Shown: positions 1 through 12,000 of the stretch, one piece after another | Position numbering within the stretch: the stretch's first letter is position 1 | Layout of the letters: each line of letters begins with the position of its first letter | Assembly: GCF_964204645.1 (NCBI RefSeq) | Contig: NC_134036.1 | Coordinates: 6,801,304 to 6,865,303 of the forward strand | Source of the DNA: Tubulanus polymorphus | Taxonomy: Eukaryota > Animalia > Nemertea | DNA: 64,000 bases | Direction of reading: 5' to 3' | The notes under the pieces: generated by a model | The model's input: only the letters and a program-made list of their open reading frames with translations | Database searches by the model: none | What the model was told of the DNA's origin: nothing | Program-made: the position numbers and the translations under genes

Positions 1-3000
1 GGCAGTAGGTCGGTCGTCCGTCCGTTTGTCAGTGTGCCGGCAGTGATGGTTGTTCGAAAAATGACTAAGGGCTGACCGGGCCTTGATCAGCGTTACGACC
101 CGGCGCTGGTCAGGGCGGGAGGGAGGGAGGCAGTAGGTCGGTCGTCCGTCCGTTCGTCAGTGTGCCGGCAGAGTTGGTTGTTCGAAAAACGACTAAGTGC
201 TGACCGGGCCTTGATCAGCGTTACGACCCGGTGCAGTGAGAGAGGGAGGGAGGGAGGCAGTAGGTCGGTCGTCCATCCGTTCGTCAGTGTGCCGGCGGTG
301 GTTGTTCGAAAAACGACTAAGTGCTGACCGGGCCTTGATCAGCGTTACGACCCGGTGCAGTGAGGGAGGGAGGGAGGGAGGCAGTAGGTCGGTCGTCCAT
401 CCGTTCGTCAGTGTGCCGGCGGTGGTTGTTCGAAAAACGACTAAGTGCTGACCGGGCCATGAACAGCGTTACGACCCGGCACCGGTCAGGAAGGGAGGGA
501 GGGTGGCAGTAGGTCGGTCGTCCGTTCGTTCGTCAGTGTGCCGGCGGTGGTTGTTCGAAAAACGACTAAGTGCTGACCGGGCCATGAACAGCGTTACGAC
601 CCGGCACCGGTCAGGAAGGGAGGGAGGGTGGCAGTAGGTCGGTCGTCCGTTCGTTGGTCAGTGTGCCGGCGGTGGTAGTTCGAAAAACGACTAAGTGCTG
701 ACCGGGCCTTGATCAGCGTTACGACCCGGTGCAGTGAGGGAGGGAGGGAGGGAGGCAGTAGGTCGGTCGTCCGTCCGTTCGTCAGTGTGCCGGCGGTGGT
801 AGTTCGAAAAACGACTAAGTGCTGACCGGGCCATGAACAGCGTTACGACCCGGCACCGGTCAGGAAGGGAGGGAGGGTGGCAGTAGGTCGGTCGTCCATC
901 CGTTCGTCAGTGTGCCGGCGGTGGTAGTTCGAAAAACGACTAAGTGCTGACCGGGTTATGCTCAGCGTTACGACCCGGTGCAGTGAGGGAGGGAGGGAGG
1001 GAGGCAGTAGGTCGGTCGTCCATCCGTTCGTCAGTGTGCCGGCGATGGTTGTTCGAAAAACGACTAAGTGCTGACCGGGCCTTGATCAGCGTTACGACCC
1101 GGTGCAGTGAGGGAGGGAGGGAGGCACTAGGACAGTCGTCCGCCCGTTAGTCAGTGTGCCGGCGGTGGTTGTTCGAAAAACGACTAAGTGCTGACCGGGC
1201 CTTGATCAGCGTTACGACCCGGCACCGGTCAGGGAGGGAGGGAGGGAGGCAGTAGGTCGGTCGTCCGTCCGTTCGTCACTGTGCCGGCGGTGGTAGTTCG
1301 AAAAACGACTAAGTGCTGACCGGGCCTTGATCAGCGTTACGACCCGGAGCATTGAGGGAGGGAGGGAGGCAGTAGGTCGGTCGTCCGTCCGTTTGTCAGT
1401 GTGCCGGCAGTGATGGTTGTTCGAAAAAATGACTAAGGGCTGACCGGGCCTTGATCAGCGTTACGACCCGGCGCTGGTCAGGGCGGGAGGGAGGGAGGCA
1501 GTAGGTCGGTCGTCCATCCGTTCGTCAGTGTGCCGGCGGTGGTAGTTCGAAAAACGACTAAGTGCTGACCGGGCCTAGATCAGCGTTACGACCCGGTGCA
1601 GTGAGGGAGGGAGGGAGGCAGTAGGTCGGTCGTCCGTCCGGTCGTCAATGTGCTGGCGGTGGTTGTTCGAAAAACGACTAAGTGCTGACCGGGCCTTGAT
1701 CAGCGTTACGACCCGGTGCAGTGAGGGAGGGAGGGAGGAACTAGGACAGTCGTCCGCCCGTTAGTCAGTGTGTCGGCGGTTGTTGTTCGAAAAACGACTA
1801 AGTGCTGACCGGGCCATGAACAGCGTTACGACCCGGCACCGGTCAGGAAGGGAGGGAGGGTGGCAGTAGGTCGGTCGTCCGTTCGTTGGTCAGTGTGCCG
1901 GCGGTGGTAGTTCGAAAAACGACTAAGTGCTGACCGGGCCTTGATCAGCGTTACGACCCGGTGCAGTGAGGGAGGGAGGGAGGCAGTAGGTCGGTCGTCC
2001 GTCCGTTCGTCAGTGTGCCGGCGGTGGTAGTTCGAAAAACGACTAAGTGCTGACCGGGCCATGAACAGCGTTACGACCCGGCACCGGTCAGGAAGGGAGG
2101 GAGGGTGGCAGTAGGTCGGTCGTCCATCCGTTCGTCAGTGTGCCGGCGGTGGTAGTTCGAAAAACGACTAAGTGCTGACCGGGCCTTGATCAGCGTTACG
2201 ACCCGGTACAGTGAGGGAGGGAGGGAGGCAGTAGGTCGGTCGTCCGTCCGTTCGTCAGTGTGCCGGCGGTGGTTGTTCGAAAAACGACTAAGTGCTGACC
2301 GGGTCATGATCAGCGTTACGACCCGGTGCAGTGAGGGAGGGAGGGAGGGAGGCAGTAGGTCGGTCGTCCATCCGTTCGTCAGTGTGCCGGCGATGGTTGT
2401 TCGAAAAACGACTAAGTGCTGACCGGGCCTTGATCAGCGTTACGACCCGGTGCAGTGAGGGAGGGAGGGAGGCACTAGGACAGTCGTCCGCCCGTTAGTC
2501 AGTGTGCCGGCGGTGGTTGTTCGAAAAACGACTAAGTGCTGACCGGGCCTTGATCAGCGTTACGACCCGGCACCGGTCAGGGAGGGAGGGAGGGAGGCAG
2601 TAGGTCGGTCGTCCGTCCGTTCGTCACTGTGCCGGCGGTGGTAGTTCGAAAAACGACTAAGTGCTGACCGGGCCTTGATCAGCGTTACGACCCGGCGCTG
2701 GTCAGGGCGGGAGGGAGGGAGGCAGTAGGTCGGTCGTCCATCCGTTCGTCAGTGTGCCGGCGGTGGTAGTTCGAAAAACGACTAAGTGCTGACCGGGCCT
2801 AGATCAGCGTTACGACCCGGTGCAGTGAGGGAGGGAGGGAGGCAGTAGGTCGGTCGTCCGTCCGGTCGTCAATGTGCTGGCGGTGGTTGTTCGAAAAACG
2901 ACTAAGTGCTGACCGGGCCTTGATCAGCGTTACGACCCGGTGCAGTGAGGGAGGGAGGGAGGGAGGAACTAGGACAGTCGTCCGCCCGTTAGTCAGTGTG

Positions 3001-6000
3001 TCGGCGGTTGTTGTTCGAAAAACGACTAAGTGCTGACCGGGCCATGAACAGCGTTACGACCCGGCACCGGTCAGGAAGGGAGGGAGGGTGGCAGTAGGTC
3101 GGTCGTCCGTTCGTTGGTCAGTGTGCCGGCGGTGGTAGTTCGAAAAACGACTAAGTGCTGACCGGGCCTTGATCAGCGTTACGACCCGGTGCAGTGAGGG
3201 AGGGAGGGAGGGAGGCAGTAGGTCGGTCGTCCATCCGTTCGTCAGTGTGCCGGCGATGGTTGTTCGAAAAACGACTAAGTGCTGACCGGGCCTTGATCAG
3301 CGTTACGACCCGGTGCAGTGAGGGAGGGAGGGAGGCACTAGGACAGTCGTCCGCCCGTTAGTCAGTGTGCCGGCGGTGGTTGTTCGAAAAACGACTAAGT
3401 GCTGACCGGGCCTTGATCAGCGTTACGACCCGGCACCGGTCAGGGAGGGAGGGAGGGAGGCAGTAGGTCGGTCGTCCGTCCGTTCGTCACTGTGCCGGCG
3501 GTGGTAGTTCGAAAAACGACTAAGTGCTGACCGGGCCTTGATCAGCGTTACGACCCGGAGCATTGAGGGAGGGAGGGAGGCAGTAGGTCGGTCGTCCGTC
3601 CGTTTGTCAGTGTGCCGGCAGTGATGGTTGTTCGAAAAAATGACTTAGTGCTGACCGGGCCTTGATCAGCGTTACGACCCGGCACCGGTCAGGGAGGGAG
3701 GGAGGGAGGCAGTAGGTCGGTCGTCCGTCCGTTCGTCACTGTGCCGGCGGTGGTAGTTCGAAAAACGACTAAGTGCTGACCGGGCCTTGATCAGCGTTAC
3801 GACCCGGAGCTTTGAGGGAGGGAGGGAGGCAGTAGGTCGGTCGTCCGTCCGTTTGTCAGTGTGCCGGCAGTGATGGTTGTTCGAAAAAATGACTAAGGGC
3901 TGACCGGGCCTTGATCAGCGTTACGACCCGGCGCTGGTCAGGGCGGGAGGGAGGGAGGCAGTAGGTCGGTCGTCCATCCGTTCGTCAGTGTGCCGGCGGT
4001 GATAGTTCGAAAAACGACTAAGTGCTGACCGGGCCTAGATCAGCGTTACGACCCGGTGCAGTGAGGGAGGGAGGGAGGCAGTAGGTCGGTCGTCCGTCCG
4101 GTCGTCAGTGTGCCGGCGGTGGTTGTTCGAAAAACGACTAAGTGCTGACCGGGCCATGATCAGCGTTACGACCCGGTGCAGTGAGGGAGGGAGGGAGGAA
4201 CTAGGACAGTCGTCCGCCCGTTAGTCAGTGTGTCGGCGGTTGTTGTTCGAAAAACGACTAAGTGCTGACCGGGCCATGAACAGCGTTACGACCCGGCACC
4301 GGTCAGGAAGAGAGGAAGGGTGTTAGTAGGTCGGTCGTCCATCCGTTCGTCAGTGTGCCGGCGGTGGTAGTTCGAAAAACGACTAAGTGCTGACCGGGCC
4401 TTGATCAGCGTTACGACCCGGTACAGTGAGGGAGGGAGGGAGGCAGTAGGTCGGTCGTCCGTCCGTTCGTCAGTGTGCCGGCGGTGGTTGTTCGAAAAAC
4501 GACTAAGTGCTGACCGGGTCATGATCAGCGTTACGACCCGGTGCAGTGAGGGAGGGAGGGAGGGAGGCAGTAGGTCGGTCGTCCATCCGTTCGTCAGTGT
4601 GCCGGCGGTGGTTGTTCGAAAAACGACTAAGTGCTGACCGGGCCTTGATCAGCGTTACGACCCGGTGCAGTGAGGGAGGGAGGGAGGGAGGCAGTAGGTC
4701 GGTCGTCCATCCGTTCGTCAGTGTGCCGGCGGTGGTTGTTCGAAAAACGACTAAGTGCTGACCGGGCCATGAACAGCGTTACGACCCGGCACCGGTCAGG
4801 AAGGGAGGGAGGGTGGCAGTAGGTCGGTCGTCCGTTCGTTCGTCAGTGTGCCGGCGGTGGTTGTTCGAAAAACGACTAAGTGCTGACCGGGCCATGAACA
4901 GCGTTACGACCCGGCACCGGTCAGGAAGGGAGGGAGGGTGGCAGTAGGTCGGTCGTCCGTTCGTTGGTCAGTGTGCCGGCGGTGGTAGTTCGAAAAACGA
5001 CTAAGTGCTGACCGGGCCATGAACAGCGTTACGACCCGGCACCGGTCAGGAAGGGAGGGAGGGTGGCAGTAGGTCGGTCGTCCATCCGTTCGTCAGTGTG
5101 CCGGCGGTGGTAGTTCGAAAAACGACTAAGTGCTGACCGGGCCTTTATCAGCGTTACGACCCGGTACAGTGAGGGAGGGAGGGAGGCAGTAGGTCGGTCG
5201 TCCGTCCGTTCGTCAGTGTGCCGGCGGTGGTTGTTCGAAAAACGACTAAGTGCTGACCGGGTCATGATCAGCGTTACGACCCGGTGCAGTGAGGGAGGGA
5301 GGGAGGGAGGCAGTAGGTCGGTCGTCCATCCGTTCGTCAGTGTGCCGGCGATGGTTGTTCGAAAAACGACTAAGTGCTGACCGGGCCTTGATCAGCGTTA
5401 CGACCCGGTGCAGTGAGGGAGGGAGGGAGGCACTAGGACAGTCGTCCGCCCGTTAGTCAGTGTGCCGGCGGTGGTTGTTCGAAAAACGACTAAGTGCTGA
5501 CCGGGCCTTGATCAGCGTTACGACCCGGCACCGGTCAGGGAGGGAGGGAGGGAGGCAGTAGGTCGGTCGTCCGTCCGTTCGTCACTGTGCCGGCGGTGGT
5601 AGTTCGAAAAACGACTAAGTGCTGACCGGGCCTTGATCAGCGTTACGACCCGGCGCTGGTCAGGGCGGGAGGGAGGGAGGCAGTAGGTCGGTCGTCCATC
5701 CGTTCGTCAGTGTGCCGGCGGTGGTAGTTCGAAAAACGACTAAGTGCTGACCGGGTCATGATCAGCGTTACGACCCGGTGCAGTGAGGGAGGGAGGGAGG
5801 GAGGCAGTAGGTCGGTCGTCCATCCGTTCGTCAGTGTGCCGGCGGTGGTTGTTCGAAAAACGACTAAGTGCTTACCGGGCCTTGATCAGCGTTACGACCC
5901 GGTGCAGTGAGGGAGGGAGGGAGGGAGGCAGTAGGTCGGTCGTCCATCCGTTCGTCAGTGTGCCGGCGGTGGTTGTTCGAAAAACGACTAAGTGCTGACC

Positions 6001-9000
6001 GGGCCATGATCAGCGTTACGACCCGGTGCAGTGAGGGAGGGAGGGAGGCACTAGGACAGTCGTCCGCCCGTTAGTCAGTGTGTCGGCGGTTGTTGTTCGA
6101 AAAACGACTAAGTGCTGACCGGGCCATGAACAGCGTTACGACCCGGCACCGGTCAGGGAGGGAGGCAGTAGGTCGGTCGTCCGTCCGTTCGTCATTGTGC
6201 CGGCGGTGGTAGTTCGAAAAACGACTAAGTGCTGACCGGGCCTTGATCAGCGTTACGACCCGGAGCATTGAGGGAGGGAGGGAGGCAGTAGGTCGGTCGT
6301 CCGTCCGTTTGTCAGTGTGCCGGCAGCGATGGTTGTTCGAAAAATGACTAAGGGCTGACCGGGCCTTGATCAGCGTTACGACCCGGTGCAGTGAGGGAGG
6401 GAGGGAGGCAGTAGGTCGGTCGTCCGTCCGGTCGTCAGTGTGCCGGCGGTGGTTGTTCGAAAAACGACTAAGTGCTGACCGGGCCTTAATCAGCGTTACG
6501 ACCCGGCACCGGTCAGGAAGGGAGGAAGGGTGGCAGTAGGTCGGTCATCCGTTCGTTGGTCAGTGTGCCGGCGGTGGTAGTTCGAAAAACGACTAAGTGC
6601 TGACCGGGCCTTGATCAGCGTTACGACCCGGAGCAGTGTGGGAGGGAGGGGGACAGTAGGTCGGTCGTCCGTCCGTTCGTCAGTGTGCCGGCAGAGTTGG
6701 TTGTTCGAAAAACGACTAATTGCTGACCGGGCCTTGATCAGCGTTAGGACCCGGTGCTGTGAGGGAGGGAGGGAGGCAGTAGGTCGGTCGTCCATCCGTT
6801 CGTCAGTGTGCCGGCGGTGGTTGTTCGAATAACGACTAAGTGCTGACCGGGCCTTGATCAGCGTTACGACCCGGCACCGGTCAGGGAGGGAGGGAGGGTG
6901 GCAGTAGGTCGGTCGTCCGTTCGTTCGTCATTGTGCCGGCGGTGGTAGTTCGAAAAACGACTAAGTGCTGACCGGGCCTTGATCAGCGTTACGACCCGGA
7001 GCATTGAGGGAGGGAGGGAGGCAGTAGGTCGGTCGTCCGTCCGTTTGTCAGTGTGCCGGCAGTGATGGTTGTTCGAAAAATGACTAAGGGCTGACCGGGC
7101 CTTGATCAGCGTTACGACCCGGCGCTGGTCAAGCGCGGGAGGGAGGGAGGCAGTAGGTCGGTCGTCCGTCCGTTCGTCAGTGTGCCGGCAGAGTTGGTTG
7201 TTCGAAAAACGACTAAGTGCTGACCGGGCCTTGATCAGCGTTACGACCCGGTGCTGTGAGGGAGGGAGGGAGGCAGTAGGTCGTTCGTCCATCCGTTCGT
7301 CAGTGTGCCGGCGGTGGTTGTTCGAAAAACGACTAAGTGCTGACCGGGCCTTGATCAGCGTTACGACCCGGCGCAGTGAGGGAGGGAGGGAGGGAGGCAG
7401 TAGGTCGGTCGTCCATCCGTTCGTCAGTGTGCCGGCGGTGGTTGTTCGAAAAACGACTAAGTGCTGACCGGGCCTTGATCAGCGTTACGACCCGGTGCAG
7501 TGAGGGAGGGAGGGAGGCACTAGGACAGTCGTCCGCCCGTTAGTCAGTGTGTCGGCGGTTGTTGTTCGAAAAACGACTAAGTGCTGACCGGGCCATGAAC
7601 AGCGTTACGACCCGGCACCGGTCAGGAAGGGAGGGAGGGTGGCAGTAGGTCGGTCGTCCGTCCGTTCGTCAGTGTGCCGGCGGTGGTTGTTCGAAAAACG
7701 ACTAAGTGCTGACCGGGCCTTAATCAGCGTTACGACCCGGCACCGGTCAGGAAGGGAGGGAGGGTGGCAGTAGGTCGGTCGTCCGTTCGTTGGTCAGTGT
7801 GCCGGCGCTGGTAGTTCGAAAAACGACTAAGTGCTGACCGGGCCTTGATCAGCATTACGACCCGGAGCAGTGAGGGAGGGAGGGAGGCAGTAGGTCGGTC
7901 GTCCGTCCGTTCGCCAGTGTGCCGCTGGTGGTTGTTCGAAAAACGACTAAGTGCTGATCGGGCCTTGATCAGCGTTACGACCCGGTGCAGTGAGGGAGGG
8001 AGGGAGGCACTAGGACAGTCGTCCGCCCGTTAGTCAGTGTGTCGGCGGTTGTTGTTCGAAAAACGACTAAGTGCTGACCGGGCCATGAACAGCGTTACGA
8101 CCCGGCACCGGTCAGGAAGGGAGGGAGGGTGGCAGTAGGTCGGTCGTCCGTTCGTTGGTCAGTGTGCCGGCGGTGGTAGTTCGAAAAACGACTAAGTGCT
8201 GACCGGGCCTTGATCAGCGTTACGACCCGGTGCAGTGAGGGAGGGAGGGAGGAGCACTAGGACAGTCGTCCGCCCGTTAGTCAGTGTGTCGGCGGTTGTT
8301 GTTCGAAAAACGACTAAGTGCTGACCGGGCCATGAACAGCGTTACGACCCGGCACCGGTCAGGAAGGGAGGGAGGGTGGCAGTAGGTCGGTCGTCCGTTC
8401 GTTGGTCAGTGTGCCGGCGCTGGTAGTTCGAAAAACGACTAAGTGCTGACCGGGCCTTGATCAGCGTTACGACCCGGAGCAGTGAGGGAGGGAGGGAGGC
8501 AGTAGGTCGGTCGTACGTCCGTTCGCCAGTGTGCCGCTGGTGGTTGTTCGAAAAACGACTAAGTGCTGATCGGGCCTTGATCAGCGTTACGACCCGGTGC
8601 AGTGAGGGAGGGAGGGAGGCACTAGGACAGTCGTCCGCCCGTTAGTCAGTGTGTCGGCGGTTGTTGTTCGAAAAACGACTAAGTGCTGACCGGGCCATGA
8701 ACAGCGTTACGACCCGGCACCGGTCAGGAAGGGAGGGAGGGTGGCAGTAGGTCGGTCGTCCGTTCGTTGGTCAGTGTGCCGGCGGTGGTAGTTCGAAAAA
8801 CGAATAAGTGCTGACCGGGCCTTGATCAGCGTTACGACCCGGAGCAGTGTGGGAGGGAGGGGGACAGTAGGTCGGTCGTCCGTCCGTTCGTCAGTGTGCC
8901 GGCAGAGTTGGTTGTTCGAAAAACGACTAAGTGCTGACCGGGCCTTGATCAGCGTTACGACCCGGTGCTGTGAGGGAGGGAGGGAGGCAGTAGGTCGGTC

Positions 9001-12000
9001 GTCCATCCGTTCGTTAGTGTGCCGGCGGTGGTTGTTCGAAAAACGACTAAGTGCTGACCGGGCCTTGATCAGCGTTACGACCCGGTGCAGTGAGGGAGGG
9101 AGGGAGGCACTAGGACAGTCGTCCGCCCGTTAGTCAGTGTGTCGGCGGTTGTTGTTCGAAAAACGACTAAGTGCTGACCGGGCCATGAACAGCGTTACGA
9201 CCCGGCACCGGTCAGGAAGGGAGGGAGGGTGGCAGTAGGTCGGTCGTCCGTCCGTTCGTCAGTGTGCCGGCAGTGGTTGTTCGAAAAACGACTAAGTGCT
9301 GACCGGGCCTTAATCAGCGTTACGACCCGGCACCGGTCAGGAAGGGAGGGAGGGTGGCAGTAGGTCGGTCGTCCGTTCGTTGGTCAGTGTGCCGGCGGTG
9401 GTAGTTCGAAAAACGACTAAGTGCTGACCGGGCCGTGATCAGCGTTACGACCCGGAGCAGTGTGGGAGGGAGGGGGACAGTAGGTCGGTCGTCCGTCCGT
9501 TCGTCAGTGTGCCGGCGGTGGTTGTTCGAAAAACGACTAAGTGCTGACCGGGCCATGATCAGCGTTACGACCCGGTGTAATGAGGGAGGGATGGAGGCAC
9601 TAGGACAGTCGTCCGCCCGTTAGTCAGTGTGTCGGCGGTTGTTGTTCGAAAAACGACTAAGTGCTGACCGGGCCATGAACAGCGTTACGACCCGGCACCG
9701 GTCAGGAAGGGAGGGAGGGTGGCAGTAGGTCGGTCGTCCGTTCGTTCGTCAGTGTGCCGGCGGTGGTTGTTCGAATAACGACTAAGTGCTGACCGGGCCT
9801 TGATCAGCGTTACGACCCGGCACCGGTCAGGGAGGGAGGGAGGGAGGCAGTAGGTCGGTCGTCCGTCCGTTCGTCATTGTGCCGGCGGTGGTAGTTCGAA
9901 AAACGACTAAGTGCTGACCGGGCCTTGATCAGCGTTACGACCCGGTGCAGTGAGGGAGGGAGGGAGGCAGTAGGTCGGTCGTCCATCCGTTCGTCAGTGT
10001 GCCGGCGGTGGTAGTTCGAAAAACGACTAAGTGCTGACCGGGCCTTGATCAGCGTTACGACCCGGTGCAGTGAGGGAGGGAGGGAGGGAGGCAGTAGGTC
10101 GGTCGTCCATCCGTTCGTCAGTGTGCCGGCGGTGGTAGTTCGAAAAACGACTAAGTGCTGACCGGGCCTAGATCAGCGTTACGACTCGGTGCAGTGAGGG
10201 AGGGAGAGAGGCAGTAGGTCGGTCGTCCGTCCGGTCGTCAGTGTGCCGGCGGTGGTTGTTCGAAAAACGAGTAAGTGCTGACCGGGCCTTGATCAGCGTT
10301 ACGACCCGGTGCAGTGAGGGAGGGAGGGAGGCAGTAGGTCGGTCGTCCGTCCGTTCGTCAGTGTGCCGGCAGAGTTGGTTGTTCGAAAAACGACTAAGTG
10401 CTGACCGGGCCTTGATCAGCGTTACGACCCGGTGCAGTGAGGGAGGGAGGGAGGCAGTAGGTCGGTCGTCCATCCGTTCGTCAGTGTGCCGGCGGTGGTA
10501 GTTCGAAAAACGACTAAGTGCTGACCGGGCCTTGATCAGCGTTACGACCCGGTGCAGTGAGGGAGGGAGGGAGGGAGGCAGTAGGTCGGTCGTCCATCCG
10601 TTCGTCAGTGTGCCGGCGGTGGTAGTTCAAAAAACGACTAAGTGCTGACCGGGCCTTGATCAGCGTTACGACCCGGTGCACTGAGGGAGGGAGGGAGGCA
10701 GTAGGTCGGTCGTCCGTCCGTTCGCCAGTGTGCCGCTGGTGGTTGTTCGAAAAACGACTAAGTGCTGACCGGGCCTTGATCAGCGTTACGACCCGGAGCA
10801 GTGAGGAAGGGAGGGAGGCAGTAGGTCGGTCGTCCGTCCGTTCGCCAGTGTACCGCTGGTGGTTGTTCGAAAAACGACTAAGTGCTGACCGGGCCTTGAT
10901 CAACGTTACGACCCGGTGCAGTGAGGGAGGGAGGGAGGCACTAGGACAGTCGTCCGCCCGTTAGTCAGTGTGTCGGCGGTTGTTGTTCGAAAAACGACTA
11001 AGTGCTGACCGGGCCATGAACAGCGTTACGACCCGGCACCGGTCAGGAAGGGAGGGAGGGTGGCAGTAGGTCGGTCGTCCGTTCGTTGGTCAGTGTGCCG
11101 GCGGTGGTAGTTCGAAAAACGACTAAGTGCTGACCGGGCCTTGATCAGCGTTACGACCCGGAGCAGTGTGGGAGGGAGGGGGACAGTAGGTCGGTCGTCC
11201 GTCCGTTCGTCAGTGTGTCGGCGGTTGTTGTTCGAAAAACGACTAAGTGCTGACCGGGCCATGAACAGCGTTACGACCCGGCACCGGTCAGGAAGGGAGG
11301 GAGGGTGGCAGTAGGTCGGTCGTCCGTCCGTTCGTCAGTGTGCCGGCGGTGGTTGTTCGAAAAACGACTAAGTGCTGACCGGGCCTTAATCAGCGTTACG
11401 ACCCGGCACCGGTCAGGAAGGGAGGGAGGGTGGCAGTAGGTCGGTCGTCCGTTCGTTGGTCAGTGTGCCGGCGGTGGTAGTTCGAAAAACGACTAAGTGC
11501 TGACCGGGCCTTGATCAGCGTTACGACCCGGAGCAGTGTGGGAGGGAGGGGGACAGTAGGTCGGTCGTCCGTCCGTTCGTCAGTGTGCCGGCGGTGGTTG
11601 TTCGAAAAACGACTAAGTGCTGACCGGGCCATGATCAGCGTTACGACCCGGTGTAATGAGGGAGGGATGGAGGCACTAGGACAGTCGTCCGCCCGTTAGT
11701 CAGTGTGTCGGCGGTTGTTGTTCGAAAAACGACTAAGTGCTGACCGGGCCATGGACAGCGTTACGACCCGGCACCGGTCAGGAAGGGAGGGAGGGTGGCA
11801 GTAGGTCGGTCGTCCGTTCGTTCGTCAGTGTGCCGGCGGTGGTTGTTCGAATAACGACTAAGTGCTGACCGGGCCTTGATCAGCGTTACGACCCGGCACC
11901 GGTCAGGGAGGGAGGGAGGGAGGCAGTAGGTCGGTCGTCCGTCCGTTCGTCATTGTGCCGGCGGTGGTAGTTCGAAAAACGACTAAGTGCTGACCGGGCC

